Positions 1-16,641 of a stretch of 64,000 nt of DNA are shown here, piece after piece. Position 1 is the stretch's first letter. Every line of letters begins with the position of its first letter. The stretch spans positions 70,060,001 through 70,124,000 of the forward strand of contig OZ024740.1 in assembly GCA_964016885.1 (NCBI GenBank), read 5' to 3'. This stretch comes from Eledone cirrhosa (Eukaryota). The notes under the pieces are model-generated. The model searched no databases and was not told the DNA's origin. It was given only the letters and a program-made list of their open reading frames with translations. Made by a program: the position numbers and the translations under genes.

Positions 1-3000
1 CATATTAACAGCTGAGCAGCCAAATTTGCATATCGAGTGAGTTCAGACGGCCGGGCACAGCGAAAACGATAAATGGAAGAGAATGAAACGAAATTTAATT
101 TCTCACTCTTAGTAAGGCACTTACTTAAATGCAAGTATGTATGTATACGTACATACGTATATGTATACAGACGTACAGTAGTATGCATATATATACACAC
201 ATGCACACATGTATATATGCACGTATCGGTTAACCGAACATTTATTATAATGCTCGGTTTGTTTGTTTGTAAACAAACAAACAGCCCGAATTACGCCGTA
301 CAGTGTTTAGGCAACCACGTCACCTTTTTGTTCAACGCGGACACAGGAACGATGTACTAGTTTGAAGCTTATTAGCTATCGTCATCAACGTATACCTTGC
401 AGCCAGATGGTTGAACGTCTGAAAGTATATACTTTCCTTATGCATATTAACAGCTGCGCAGCCTAATTTGCATATCGAATGAGTGCAGATGGCCGGGCAC
501 AACGAAAACGATAAATAGAATGGAATGAAACGAAATTTAATTTCTCACTCTTATGGCGGCACTTTCTTAAATGTAAGTATGTATGTATACGTACATACAT
601 ATATGTATACAGACGTACAGTAGTATGCATATATATACACACATTCACACATATATATATGCACGTATCGATTAACCGAACATTTATTATAATGCTCGAT
701 TTGTTTGTTTGTAAACAAACAAACAGCCCGAATTACGCCGTACAGTGTTTAGGCAACCACGTCACCTTTTTGTTCAACACTGACACAGGATCGAAGTACT
801 AGTTTCAAGCTTATTAGCTATCGTCATCATCGCAAACCTTCCAGCCAGATGGTTGAACGTCTGGAAGTATATACTTTCCTTATGCATATTAACAGCTGAG
901 CAGCCTAATTTGCATATCGGGTGAGTTCAGACGGCCGGGCACACCGAAAACGATAAATGGAATAGAATGAAACGAAATTTAATTTCTCACTCTTAGTACG
1001 GCACTTACTTAAATGTAAGTATGTATGTATACGTACATACATATATGTACAAAGACGTACAGTAGTATATATATATATATACACACATATATATATGCAC
1101 GTATCGGTTTACCGAACATTTATTATAATGCTCGGTTTGTTTGTTTGTAAACAAACAAACAGCCCGAAATACGCCGTACAGTGTTTAGGCAACCACGTCA
1201 CCTTTTTGTTCAACACTGACACAGGAACGATGTACTAGTTTCAAGCATATTAGCTATCGTCATCCTCGTATACCTTCCTGCCAGATGGTTGATCGTCTGA
1301 CAGTATATACTTTCCTTATGCATATTAACAGCTGAGCAGCCTAATTTGCATATCGAGTGAGTTCAGACGGCCGGGCACACCGAAAACGATGAATAGAATA
1401 GAATGAAACGAAATTTAATTTCTCACTCTTAGTACGGCACTTACTTAAATGTAAGTATGTATGTATACGTAGATACATATATGTATACAGACGTACAGTA
1501 GTATATATATATATACACACATGCATACATATATATATATGCACTCATCCTGTTTACGGAATATTGATTATAATGCTCGGTTACTTTGTTTGTAAACAAA
1601 CAAACAGCCCGAATTACCCCGTACAGTGTTTAGGCAACCAGGTCACCTTTTGGTTCAACACTGACACAGGAACGATGTACTAGTTTCAAGCTTATTAGCT
1701 ATCGTCATCGTCGTATACCTTCCTGCCAGATGGTTGAACGTCTGATAGTATATACTTTCCTTATGCATATTAACAGCTGAGCAGCCTAATTTGCATATCG
1801 AGTGAGTTCAGATGGCCGGGCACACCGAAAACGATAAATTTAATAGAATGAAACGAAATTTAATTTCTCACTCTTAGTACGGCCCTTACTTAAATCTAAG
1901 TATGTATGTATACGTACATACATATATGTATACAGACGTACAGTAATATGCATATATATACACACATGCACACATATATATATATGCACGTATCGGTTAA
2001 ACGAACATTTATTATAATGCTCGGTTTGTTTGTTTGTAAACAAACAAACAGCCCGAATTACGCCGTACAGTGTTTAGGCAACCACGTCACCTTTTTGTTC
2101 AACACTGACACAGGAACGATGTACTAGTTTCAAGCTTATTAGCTATCGTCATCATCGTATACCTTCCTGCCAGATGGTTGAACGTCTGAAAGTATATACT
2201 TTCCTTATGCATATTAACAGCTGAGCAGCCTAATTTGCATATCGAGTGAGTTCAGACGGCCGGGCACACCGAAAACGATAAATGGTATAGAATTAAACGA
2301 AATTTAATTTCTCACTCTTAGGGCGGCACTTACTTAAATGTAAGTATGTATGTATACGTACATACATATATGTATACAGACGTACAGTAGTATATATATA
2401 TATATGCCGATGCACACATATATATATGCACATTTCGGTTTACCGAACATTTATTATAATGCTCGGTTTGTTTGTTTGTAAACAAACAAACAGCCCGAAT
2501 TACGCCGTATGTGTTTAGGCAACCACGTCACCTTTTTGTTCAACACTGACACAGCAACGTTGTAGTAGTTTTAAGCTTATTAGCTATCGTCAGCATCGTA
2601 TACCTTCCTGCCAGATGGTTGAACGTCTGAAAGTATATACTTTCCTTATGCATATTAACAGCTGAGCAGCCTAATTTGCATATCGAGTGAGTTCAGACGG
2701 CCGGGCACACCGAAAACGATAAATGGAATAGAATGAAACGGAATTTAATTTCTCACTCTTAGTAAGGCACTTACTTAAATGCAAGTATGTATGTATACGT
2801 ACATACATATATGTATACAGACGTACAGTAGTATATATATACACACATGCACACATATATATATGCACGTATCGGTTTACCGAACATTTATTATAATGCT
2901 CTGTTTGTTTGTTTGTAAACAAACAAACAGCCCGAATTACGCCGTACAGTGTTTAGGCAACCACGTCACCTTTTTGTTCAACACTGTCACAGGAACGATG

Positions 3001-6000
3001 TACTAGTTTCAAGCTTATTAGCTATCGTCATCATCGTTTACCTTCCTGCCAGATGGTTGAACGTCTGAAAGTATATACTTTCCTTATGCATATTAACAGC
3101 TGAGCAACCTAATTTGCATATCGAATGAGTTCAGACGGCCGGGCACACCGAAAACGATAAATAGAATAGAATGAAACGAAATTTAATTTCTCACTCTTAG
3201 TACGGCACTTACTTAAATGCAAGTATGTATGTATACGTACATACATATATGTATACAGACGTACAGTAGTATGCATATATATACACACATATATATATGC
3301 ACGTATCGATTAACCGAACATTTATTATAATGCTCGGTTTGTTTGTTTGTAAACAAACAAACAGCCCGAATTACGCCGTACAGTGTTTAGGCAACCACGT
3401 CACCTTTTTGTTCAACACTGACACAGGAACGAAGTACTAGTTTCAAGCTTATTAGCTATCGTTAGCATCGTATACGTTCCTGCCAGTTGGTTGAACGTCT
3501 GAAAACATATACTTTCCTTATTCATATTAACGGCTGAGCAGCCTAATTTGCATATCGAGTGAGTTTAGACGGCCGGGCACACCGAAAACGATAAATGGAA
3601 TAGTATGAAACGAAATTTAATTTCTCACTCTTAGTACGGCACTTACTTAAATGCAAGTATGTATGTATACGTACATATATATATATATACAGACGTACAG
3701 TAGTATGCATATATATACACACATGCACACATATATATATGCACGTATCGGTTAACCGAACATTTATTATAATGCTCGGTTTGTTTGTTTGTAAACAAAC
3801 AAACAGCCCGAATTACGCCGTACAGTTTTTAGGCAACCACGTCACCTATTTCTTCAACACTGACACAGGAACGATGTACTAGTTTGAAGCTTATTAGCTA
3901 TCGTCATCAACGTATACCTTGCAGCCAGATGGTTGAACGTCTGAAAGTATATACTTTCCTTATGCATATTAACAGCTGAGCAGCCAAATTTGCATATCGA
4001 GTGAGTTCAGACGGCCGGGCACAGCGAAAACGATAAATGGAAGAGAATGAAACGAAATTTAATTTCTCACTCTTAGTAAGGCACTTACTTAAATGCAAGT
4101 ATGTATGTATACGTACATACGTATATGTATACAGACGTACAGTAGTATGCATATATATACACACATGCACACATGTATATATGCACGTATCGGTTAACCG
4201 AACATTTATTATAATGCTCGATTTGTTTGTTTGTAAACAAACAAACAGCCCGAATTACGCCGTACAGTGTTTAGGCAACCACGTCACCTTTTTGTTCAAC
4301 GCGGACACAGGAACGATGTACTAGTTTGAAGCTTATTAGCTATCGTCATCAACGTATACCTTGCAGCCAGATGGTTGAACGTCTGAAAGTATATACTTTC
4401 CTTATGCATATTAACAGCTGCGCAGCCTAATTTGCATATCGAATGAGTGCAGATGGCCGGGCACAACGAAAACGATAAATAGAATGGAATGAAACGAAAT
4501 TTAATTTCTCACTCTTATGGCGGCACTTTCTTAAATGTAAGTATGTATGTATACGTACATACATATATGTATACAGACGTACAGTAGTATGCATATATAT
4601 ACACACATTCACACATATATATATGCACGTATCGATTAACCGAACATTTATTATAATGCTCGATTTGTTTGTTTGTAAACAAACAAACAGCCCGAATTAC
4701 GCCGTACAGTGTTTAGGCAACCACGTCACCTTTTTGTTCAACACTGACACAGGATCGAAGTACTAGTTTCAAGCTTATTAGCTATCGTCATCATCGCAAA
4801 CCTTCCAGCCAGATGGTTGAACGTCTGGAAGTATATACTTTCCTTATGCATATTAACAGCTGAGCAGCCTAATTTGCATATCGGGTGAGTTCAGACGGCC
4901 GGGCACACCGAAAACGATAAATGGAATAGAATGAAACGAAATTTAATTTCTCACTCTTAGTACGGCACTTACTTAAATGTAAGTATGTATGTATACGTAC
5001 ATACATATATGTACAAAGACGTACAGTAGTATATATATATATATACACACATATATATATGCACGTATCGGTTTACCGAACATTTATTATAATGCTCGGT
5101 TTGTTTGTTTGTAAACAAACAAACAGCCCGAAATACGCCGTACAGTGTTTAGGCAACCACGTCACCTTTTTGTTCAACACTGACACAGGAACGATGTACT
5201 AGTTTCAAGCATATTAGCTATCGTCATCCTCGTATACCTTCCTGCCAGATGGTTGATCGTCTGACAGTATATACTTTCCTTATGCATATTAACAGCTGAG
5301 CAGCCTAATTTGCATATCGAGTGAGTTCAGACGGCCGGGCACACCGAAAACGATGAATAGAATAGAATGAAACGAAATTTAATTTCTCACTCTTAGTACG
5401 GCACTTACTTAAATGTAAGTATGTATGTATACGTAGATACATATATGTATACAGACGTACAGTAGTATATATATATATACACACATGCATACATATATAT
5501 ATATGCACTCATCCTGTTTACGGAATATTGATTATAATGCTCGGTTACTTTGTTTGTAAACAAACAAACAGCCCGAATTACCCCGTACAGTGTTTAGGCA
5601 ACCAGGTCACCTTTTGGTTCAACACTGACACAGGAACGATGTACTAGTTTCAAGCTTATTAGCTATCGTCATCGTCGTATACCTTCCTGCCAGATGGTTG
5701 AACGTCTGATAGTATATACTTTCCTTATGCATATTAACAGCTGAGCAGCCTAATTTGCATATCGAGTGAGTTCAGATGGCCGGGCACACCGAAAACGATA
5801 AATTTAATAGAATGAAACGAAATTTAATTTCTCACTCTTAGTACGGCCCTTACTTAAATCTAAGTATGTATGTATACGTACATACATATATGTATACAGA
5901 CGTACAGTAATATGCATATATATACACACATGCACACATATATATATATGCACGTATCGGTTAAACGAACATTTATTATAATGCTCGGTTTGTTTGTTTG

Positions 6001-9000
6001 TAAACAAACAAACAGCCCGAATTACGCCGTACAGTGTTTAGGCAACCACGTCACCTTTTTGTTCAACACTGACACAGGAACGATGTACTAGTTTCAAGCT
6101 TATTAGCTATCGTCATCATCGTATACCTTCCTGCCAGATGGTTGAACGTCTGAAAGTATATACTTTCCTTATGCATATTAACAGCTGAGCAGCCTAATTT
6201 GCATATCGAGTGAGTTCAGACGGCCGGGCACACCGAAAACGATAAATGGTATAGAATTAAACGAAATTTAATTTCTCACTCTTAGGGCGGCACTTACTTA
6301 AATGTAAGTATGTATGTATACGTACATACATATATGTATACAGACGTACAGTAGTATATATATATATATGCCGATGCACACATATATATATGCACATTTC
6401 GGTTTACCGAACATTTATTATAATGCTCGGTTTGTTTGTTTGTAAACAAACAAACAGCCCGAATTACGCCGTATGTGTTTAGGCAACCACGTCACCTTTT
6501 TGTTCAACACTGACACAGCAACGTTGTAGTAGTTTTAAGCTTATTAGCTATCGTCAGCATCGTATACCTTCCTGCCAGATGGTTGAACGTCTGAAAGTAT
6601 ATACTTTCCTTATGCATATTAACAGCTGAGCAGCCTAATTTGCATATCGAGTGAGTTCAGACGGCCGGGCACACCGAAAACGATAAATGGAATAGAATGA
6701 AACGGAATTTAATTTCTCACTCTTAGTAAGGCACTTACTTAAATGCAAGTATGTATGTATACGTACATACATATATGTATACAGACGTACAGTAGTATAT
6801 ATATACACACATGCACACATATATATATGCACGTATCGGTTTACCGAACATTTATTATAATGCTCTGTTTGTTTGTTTGTAAACAAACAAACAGCCCGAA
6901 TTACGCCGTACAGTGTTTAGGCAACCACGTCACCTTTTTGTTCAACACTGTCACAGGAACGATGTACTAGTTTCAAGCTTATTAGCTATCGTCATCATCG
7001 TTTACCTTCCTGCCAGATGGTTGAACGTCTGAAAGTATATACTTTCCTTATGCATATTAACAGCTGAGCAACCTAATTTGCATATCGAATGAGTTCAGAC
7101 GGCCGGGCACACCGAAAACGATAAATAGAATAGAATGAAACGAAATTTAATTTCTCACTCTTAGTACGGCACTTACTTAAATGCAAGTATGTATGTATAC
7201 GTACATACATATATGTATACAGACGTACAGTAGTATGCATATATATACACACATATATATATGCACGTATCGATTAACCGAACATTTATTATAATGCTCG
7301 GTTTGTTTGTTTGTAAACAAACAAACAGCCCGAATTACGCCGTACAGTGTTTAGGCAACCACGTCACCTTTTTGTTCAACACTGACACAGGAACGAAGTA
7401 CTAGTTTCAAGCTTATTAGCTATCGTTAGCATCGTATACGTTCCTGCCAGTTGGTTGAACGTCTGAAAACATATACTTTCCTTATTCATATTAACGGCTG
7501 AGCAGCCTAATTTGCATATCGAGTGAGTTTAGACGGCCGGGCACACCGAAAACGATAAATGGAATAGTATGAAACGAAATTTAATTTCTCACTCTTAGTA
7601 CGGCACTTACTTAAATGCAAGTATGTATGTATACGTACATATATATATATATACAGACGTACAGTAGTATGCATATATATACACACATGCACACATATAT
7701 ATATGCACGTATCGGTTAACCGAACATTTATTATAATGCTCGGTTTGTTTGTTTGTAAACAAACAAACAGCCCGAATTACGCCGTACAGTTTTTAGGCAA
7801 CCACGTCACCTATTTCTTCAACACTGACACAGGAACGATGTACTAGTTTGAAGCTTATTAGCTATCGTCATCAACGTATACCTTGCAGCCAGATGGTTGA
7901 ACGTCTGAAAGTATATACTTTCCTTATGCATATTAACAGCTGAGCAGCCAAATTTGCATATCGAGTGAGTTCAGACGGCCGGGCACAGCGAAAACGATAA
8001 ATGGAAGAGAATGAAACGAAATTTAATTTCTCACTCTTAGTAAGGCACTTACTTAAATGCAAGTATGTATGTATACGTACATACGTATATGTATACAGAC
8101 GTACAGTAGTATGCATATATATACACACATGCACACATGTATATATGCACGTATCGGTTAACCGAACATTTATTATAATGCTCGATTTGTTTGTTTGTAA
8201 ACAAACAAACAGCCCGAATTACGCCGTACAGTGTTTAGGCAACCACGTCACCTTTTTGTTCAACGCGGACACAGGAACGATGTACTAGTTTGAAGCTTAT
8301 TAGCTATCGTCATCAACGTATACCTTGCAGCCAGATGGTTGAACGTCTGAAAGTATATACTTTCCTTATGCATATTAACAGCTGCGCAGCCTAATTTGCA
8401 TATCGAATGAGTGCAGATGGCCGGGCACAACGAAAACGATAAATAGAATGGAATGAAACGAAATTTAATTTCTCACTCTTATGGCGGCACTTTCTTAAAT
8501 GTAAGTATGTATGTATACGTACATACATATATGTATACAGACGTACAGTAGTATGCATATATATACACACATTCACACATATATATATGCACGTATCGAT
8601 TAACCGAACATTTATTATAATGCTCGATTTGTTTGTTTGTAAACAAACAAACAGCCCGAATTACGCCGTACAGTGTTTAGGCAACCACGTCACCTTTTTG
8701 TTCAACACTGACACAGGATCGAAGTACTAGTTTCAAGCTTATTAGCTATCGTCATCATCGCAAACCTTCCAGCCAGATGGTTGAACGTCTGGAAGTATAT
8801 ACTTTCCTTATGCATATTAACAGCTGAGCAGCCTAATTTGCATATCGGGTGAGTTCAGACGGCCGGGCACACCGAAAACGATAAATGGAATAGAATGAAA
8901 CGAAATTTAATTTCTCACTCTTAGTACGGCACTTACTTAAATGTAAGTATGTATGTATACGTACATACATATATGTACAAAGACGTACAGTAGTATATAT

Positions 9001-12000
9001 ATATATATACACACATATATATATGCACGTATCGGTTTACCGAACATTTATTATAATGCTCGGTTTGTTTGTTTGTAAACAAACAAACAGCCCGAAATAC
9101 GCCGTACAGTGTTTAGGCAACCACGTCACCTTTTTGTTCAACACTGACACAGGAACGATGTACTAGTTTCAAGCATATTAGCTATCGTCATCCTCGTATA
9201 CCTTCCTGCCAGATGGTTGATCGTCTGACAGTATATACTTTCCTTATGCATATTAACAGCTGAGCAGCCTAATTTGCATATCGAGTGAGTTCAGACGGCC
9301 GGGCACACCGAAAACGATGAATAGAATAGAATGAAACGAAATTTAATTTCTCACTCTTAGTACGGCACTTACTTAAATGTAAGTATGTATGTATACGTAG
9401 ATACATATATGTATACAGACGTACAGTAGTATATATATATATACACACATGCATACATATATATATATGCACTCATCCTGTTTACGGAATATTGATTATA
9501 ATGCTCGGTTACTTTGTTTGTAAACAAACAAACAGCCCGAATTACCCCGTACAGTGTTTAGGCAACCAGGTCACCTTTTGGTTCAACACTGACACAGGAA
9601 CGATGTACTAGTTTCAAGCTTATTAGCTATCGTCATCGTCGTATACCTTCCTGCCAGATGGTTGAACGTCTGATAGTATATACTTTCCTTATGCATATTA
9701 ACAGCTGAGCAGCCTAATTTGCATATCGAGTGAGTTCAGATGGCCGGGCACACCGAAAACGATAAATTTAATAGAATGAAACGAAATTTAATTTCTCACT
9801 CTTAGTACGGCCCTTACTTAAATCTAAGTATGTATGTATACGTACATACATATATGTATACAGACGTACAGTCGTATATATATATACACACATGCACACA
9901 TATATATATATGCACGTATCCCGTTTACGGAACATTTATTATAATGCTCGGTTTGTTTGTTTGTAAACAAACAAACAGCCCGAATTACGCCGTACAGTGT
10001 TTAGGCAACCACGTCACCTTTTTGTTCAACACTGTCACAGGAACGATGTAGTAGTTTCAAGCTTATTAGCTATCGTCATCATCGTATACCTTCCTGCCAG
10101 ATGGTTGAACGTCTGAAAGTATATACTTTCCTTATGCATATTAACAGCTGAGCAGCCTAATTTGCATATCGAGTGAGTTCAGACGGCCGGGCACACCGAA
10201 AACGATAAATGGAAGGGAATGAAACGAAATTTCATTTCTCACTCTTAGTACGGCATTTACTTAAATGCAAGTATGTATGTATACGTACATACATATATGT
10301 ATACAGACGTACAGTAATATGCATATATATACACACATGCACACATATATATATATGCACGTATCGGTTAAACGAACATTTATTATAATGCTCGGTTTGT
10401 TTGTTTGTAAACAAACAAACAGCCCGAATTACGCCGTACAGTGTTTAGGCAACCACGTCACCTTTTTGTTCAACACTGACACAGGAACGATGTACTAGTT
10501 TCAAGCTTATTAGCTATCGTCATCATCGTATACCTTCCTGCCAGATGGTTGAACGTCTGAAAGTATATAATTTCCTTATGCATATTAACAGCTGAGCAGC
10601 CAAATTTGCATATCGAGTGAGTTCAGACGGCCGGGCACAGCGAAAACGATAAATGGAAGAGAATGAAACGAAATTTAATTTCTCACTCTTAGTAAGGCAC
10701 TTACTTAAATGCAAGTATGTATGTATACGTACATACGTATATGTATACAGACGTACAGTAGTATGCATATATATACACACATGCACACATGTATATATGC
10801 ACGTATCGGTTAACCGAACATTTATTATAATGCTCGGTTTGTTTGTTTGTAAACAAACAAACAGCCCGAATTACGCCGTACAGTGTTTAGGCAACCACGT
10901 CACCTTTTTGTTCAACGCGGACACAGGAACGATGTACTAGTTTGAAGCTTATTAGCTATCGTCATCAACGTATACCTTGCAGCCAGATGGTTGAACGTCT
11001 GAAAGTATATACTTTCCTTATGCATATTAACAGCTGCGCAGCCTAATTTGCATATCGAATGAGTGCAGATGGCCGGGCACAACGAAAACGATAAATAGAA
11101 TGGAATGAAACGAAATTTAATTTCTCACTCTTATGGCGGCACTTTCTTAAATGTAAGTATGTATGTATACGTACATACATATATGTATACAGACGTACAG
11201 TAGTATGCATATATATACACACATTCACACATATATATATGCACGTATCGATTAACCGAACATTTATTATAATGCTCGATTTGTTTGTTTGTAAACAAAC
11301 AAACAGCCCGAATTACGCCGTACAGTGTTTAGGCAACCACGTCACCTTTTTGTTCAACACTGACACAGGATCGAAGTACTAGTTTCAAGCTTATTAGCTA
11401 TCGTCATCATCGCAAACCTTCCAGCCAGATGGTTGAACGTCTGGAAGTATATACTTTCCTTATGCATATTAACAGCTGAGCAGCCTAATTTGCATATCGG
11501 GTGAGTTCAGACGGCCGGGCACACCGAAAACGATAAATGGAATAGAATGAAACGAAATTTAATTTCTCACTCTTAGTACGGCACTTACTTAAATGTAAGT
11601 ATGTATGTATACGTACATACATATATGTACAAAGACGTACAGTAGTATATATATATATATACACACATATATATATGCACGTATCGGTTTACCGAACATT
11701 TATTATAATGCTCGGTTTGTTTGTTTGTAAACAAACAAACAGCCCGAAATACGCCGTACAGTGTTTAGGCAACCACGTCACCTTTTTGTTCAACACTGAC
11801 ACAGGAACGATGTACTAGTTTCAAGCATATTAGCTATCGTCATCCTCGTATACCTTCCTGCCAGATGGTTGATCGTCTGACAGTATATACTTTCCTTATG
11901 CATATTAACAGCTGAGCAGCCTAATTTGCATATCGAGTGAGTTCAGACGGCCGGGCACACCGAAAACGATGAATAGAATAGAATGAAACGAAATTTAATT

Positions 12001-15000
12001 TCTCACTCTTAGTACGGCACTTACTTAAATGTAAGTATGTATGTATACGTAGATACATATATGTATACAGACGTACAGTAGTATATATATATATACACAC
12101 ATGCATACATATATATATATGCACTCATCCTGTTTACGGAATATTGATTATAATGCTCGGTTACTTTGTTTGTAAACAAACAAACAGCCCGAATTACCCC
12201 GTACAGTGTTTAGGCAACCAGGTCACCTTTTGGTTCAACACTGACACAGGAACGATGTACTAGTTTCAAGCTTATTAGCTATCGTCATCGTCGTATACCT
12301 TCCTGCCAGATGGTTGAACGTCTGATAGTATATACTTTCCTTATGCATATTAACAGCTGAGCAGCCTAATTTGCATATCGAGTGAGTTCAGATGGCCGGG
12401 CACACCGAAAACGATAAATTTAATAGAATGAAACGAAATTTAATTTCTCACTCTTAGTACGGCCCTTACTTAAATCTAAGTATGTATGTATACGTACATA
12501 CATATATGTATACAGACGTACAGTAATATGCATATATATACACACATGCACACATATATATATATGCACGTATCGGTTAAACGAACATTTATTATAATGC
12601 TCGGTTTGTTTGTTTGTAAACAAACAAACAGCCCGAATTACGCCGTACAGTGTTTAGGCAACCACGTCACCTTTTTGTTCAACACTGACACAGGAACGAT
12701 GTACTAGTTTCAAGCTTATTAGCTATCGTCATCATCGTATACCTTCCTGCCAGATGGTTGAACGTCTGAAAGTATATACTTTCCTTATGCATATTAACAG
12801 CTGAGCAGCCTAATTTGCATATCGAGTGAGTTCAGACGGCCGGGCACACCGAAAACGATAAATGGTATAGAATTAAACGAAATTTAATTTCTCACTCTTA
12901 GGGCGGCACTTACTTAAATGTAAGTATGTATGTATACGTACATACATATATGTATACAGACGTACAGTAGTATATATATATATATGCCGATGCACACATA
13001 TATATATGCACATTTCGGTTTACCGAACATTTATTATAATGCTCGGTTTGTTTGTTTGTAAACAAACAAACAGCCCGAATTACGCCGTATGTGTTTAGGC
13101 AACCACGTCACCTTTTTGTTCAACACTGACACAGCAACGTTGTAGTAGTTTTAAGCTTATTAGCTATCGTCAGCATCGTATACCTTCCTGCCAGATGGTT
13201 GAACGTCTGAAAGTATATACTTTCCTTATGCATATTAACAGCTGAGCAGCCTAATTTGCATATCGAGTGAGTTCAGACGGCCGGGCACACCGAAAACGAT
13301 AAATGGAATAGAATGAAACGGAATTTAATTTCTCACTCTTAGTAAGGCACTTACTTAAATGCAAGTATGTATGTATACGTACATACATATATGTATACAG
13401 ACGTACAGTAGTATATATATACACACATGCACACATATATATATGCACGTATCGGTTTACCGAACATTTATTATAATGCTCTGTTTGTTTGTTTGTAAAC
13501 AAACAAACAGCCCGAATTACGCCGTACAGTGTTTAGGCAACCACGTCACCTTTTTGTTCAACACTGTCACAGGAACGATGTACTAGTTTCAAGCTTATTA
13601 GCTATCGTCATCATCGTTTACCTTCCTGCCAGATGGTTGAACGTCTGAAAGTATATACTTTCCTTATGCATATTAACAGCTGAGCAACCTAATTTGCATA
13701 TCGAATGAGTTCAGACGGCCGGGCACACCGAAAACGATAAATAGAATAGAATGAAACGAAATTTAATTTCTCACTCTTAGTACGGCACTTACTTAAATGC
13801 AAGTATGTATGTATACGTACATACATATATGTATACAGACGTACAGTAGTATGCATATATATACACACATATATATATGCACGTATCGATTAACCGAACA
13901 TTTATTATAATGCTCGGTTTGTTTGTTTGTAAACAAACAAACAGCCCGAATTACGCCGTACAGTGTTTAGGCAACCACGTCACCTTTTTGTTCAACACTG
14001 ACACAGGAACGAAGTACTAGTTTCAAGCTTATTAGCTATCGTTAGCATCGTATACGTTCCTGCCAGTTGGTTGAACGTCTGAAAACATATACTTTCCTTA
14101 TTCATATTAACGGCTGAGCAGCCTAATTTGCATATCGAGTGAGTTTAGACGGCCGGGCACACCGAAAACGATAAATGGAATAGTATGAAACGAAATTTAA
14201 TTTCTCACTCTTAGTACGGCACTTACTTAAATGCAAGTATGTATGTATACGTACATATATATATATATACAGACGTACAGTAGTATGCATATATATACAC
14301 ACATGCACACATATATATATGCACGTATCGGTTAACCGAACATTTATTATAATGCTCGGTTTGTTTGTTTGTAAACAAACAAACAGCCCGAATTACGCCG
14401 TACAGTTTTTAGGCAACCACGTCACCTATTTCTTCAACACTGACACAGGAACGATGTACTAGTTTGAAGCTTATTAGCTATCGTCATCATCGTATACCTT
14501 CCTGCCAGATGGTTGAACGTCTGAAAGTATATACTTTCCTTGTGCATATTAACAGCTGAGCAGCCTAATTTGCATATCGAGGAATTCAGACGGCCGGGCA
14601 CACCAAAAACGATAAATAGAATAGAATTAAACGAAATTTAATTTCTCACTCTTAGTAAGGCACTTACTTAAATGTAAGTATGTATGTATACGTAGATACA
14701 TATATGTATACAGACGTACAGTAGTATATGTATATATACACACACTTATATATATGCACGTATCGGTTTACCGAACATTTATTAGAATGCTCGGTTTGTT
14801 TGTTTGTAAACAAACAGACAGCCCGAATTACGCCGTATGTGTTTAGGCAACCACGTCACCTTTTTGTTCAACACTGACACAGGAACGATGTACTAATATC
14901 AAGCTTATTAGCTATCGTCATCATCGTACACCCTCCTGCCAGATGGTTGAACGTCTGAAAGTATATACTTTCATTATGCATATTAACAGCTGATCTGCCT

Positions 15001-16199
15001 AATTTGCATATCGCGTGAGTTCAGACGGCCGGGCACACCAAAAACGATAAATGGAATAGAATGAAACGAAATTTAATTTCTCACTCTTAGTACGGCTTTT
15101 ACTTAAATGCAAGTATGTATGTATACGTACATACATATATGTCTACAGCCGTACAGTAGTATATATATATATATATACACACATATATATGTACATGTAT
15201 CGTTTTACCGAATATTTATTATAATGCTCGGTTTGTTTGTTTGTAAACAATCAAACAGCCCGAATTACGCCGTACAGGGTTTAGGCAACCACGTCACCTT
15301 TTTGTTCAACACTGACACAGAAACGATATACTAGTTTCAAGCTTATTAGCTATCGTCATCATCGTATACCTTCCTGCCTGATGGTTGAACGTCTGAAAAC
15401 ATATACTTTCCTTATGCATATTAACAGCTGAGCAGCCTAATTTGCATAGCGAGTGAGTTCAGACGGCCGGGCACACCGAAAACGATAAATAGAATAGAAT
15501 TAAACGAAATTTAATTTCTCACTCTTAATACGGCACTTACTTAAATGTAAGTATGTATGTATACGTACATACATATATGTATACAGACGTACAGTAGTAT
15601 ATATATATATATACACCCATGCACACATATAAATATGCACATTTCGGTTTACCGAACATTTATTATAATGCTCGGTTTGTTTGTTTGTAAACAAACAAAC
15701 AGCCCGAATTACGCCGTACAGTGTTTAGGCAACCACGTCACCTTTTTGTTCAACACTGACGCAGGAACGATGTACTAGTTTCAAGCTTATTAGCTATCGT
15801 TATCATCGTACACCTTCCTGCCAGATGGTTGAACGTCTGAAAGTATATACTTTCCTTATGCATATTAACAGCTGAGCAGCCTAATTTGCATCTCGAGTGA
15901 GTTCAGACGGCCGGGCACACCGAAAACAATAAATGGAATAGAATGAAACGAAATTTAATTTCTCACTCTTAGTAAGGCACTTACTTAAATGTAAGTATGT
16001 ATGTATACGTACATACATATATGTATACAGCCGTACAGTAGTATATATATATACACACATATATATATGCACGCATCGGTTTACCGAACATTTATTATAA
16101 TGCTTGGTTTGTTTGTTTGTAAACAAACAAACAGCCCGAATTACGCCGTACAGTGTTTAGGCAACCACGTCAACTTTTTGTTCAACACTGACTTAGAAA

Positions 16200-16240
16200 C
16201 GATGTACTAGTTTCAAGCTTATTAGCTATCGTCAGCATCG
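16200..16240 (-). ncRNA. Minimal type I hammerhead ribozyme with intact core, in a satellite monomer
   Basis: Minus strand reads CGATG-CTGACGA-TAGCT AATA AGCTT-GAAA-CTAG-TA-CATCG. This gives stem I CGATG/CATCG, a CUGANGA core, stem II AGCT/AGCT, GAAA, a palindromic ACTAGT helix III and a GUA cleavage triplet. Confidence 0.88.
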
Positions 16241-16641
16241 TATACCTTCCTGCCAGATGGTTGAACGTCTGAAAGTATATAATTTCCTTATGCATATTAA
16301 CGGCTGAGCAGCCTAATTTGCATATCGAGTGAGTTCAGACGGCCGGGCACACCGAAAACGATAAATGGAATAGAATGAAACGAAATTTAATTTCTCACTC
16401 TTAGGGCGGCACTTATTTAAATGCAAGTATGTATGTATACGTACATACATATATGTATACAGACGTACAGGAGTATATATATATATACACACATGCACAC
16501 ATATATATATGCACGTATCGCTTTACCGAACATTTATTATAATGCTCGGTTTGTTTGTTTGTAAACAAACAAACAGCCCGAATTACGCCGTACAATGTTT
16601 AGGCAACCACGTCACCTTTTTGTTCGACAATGACACAGGAA

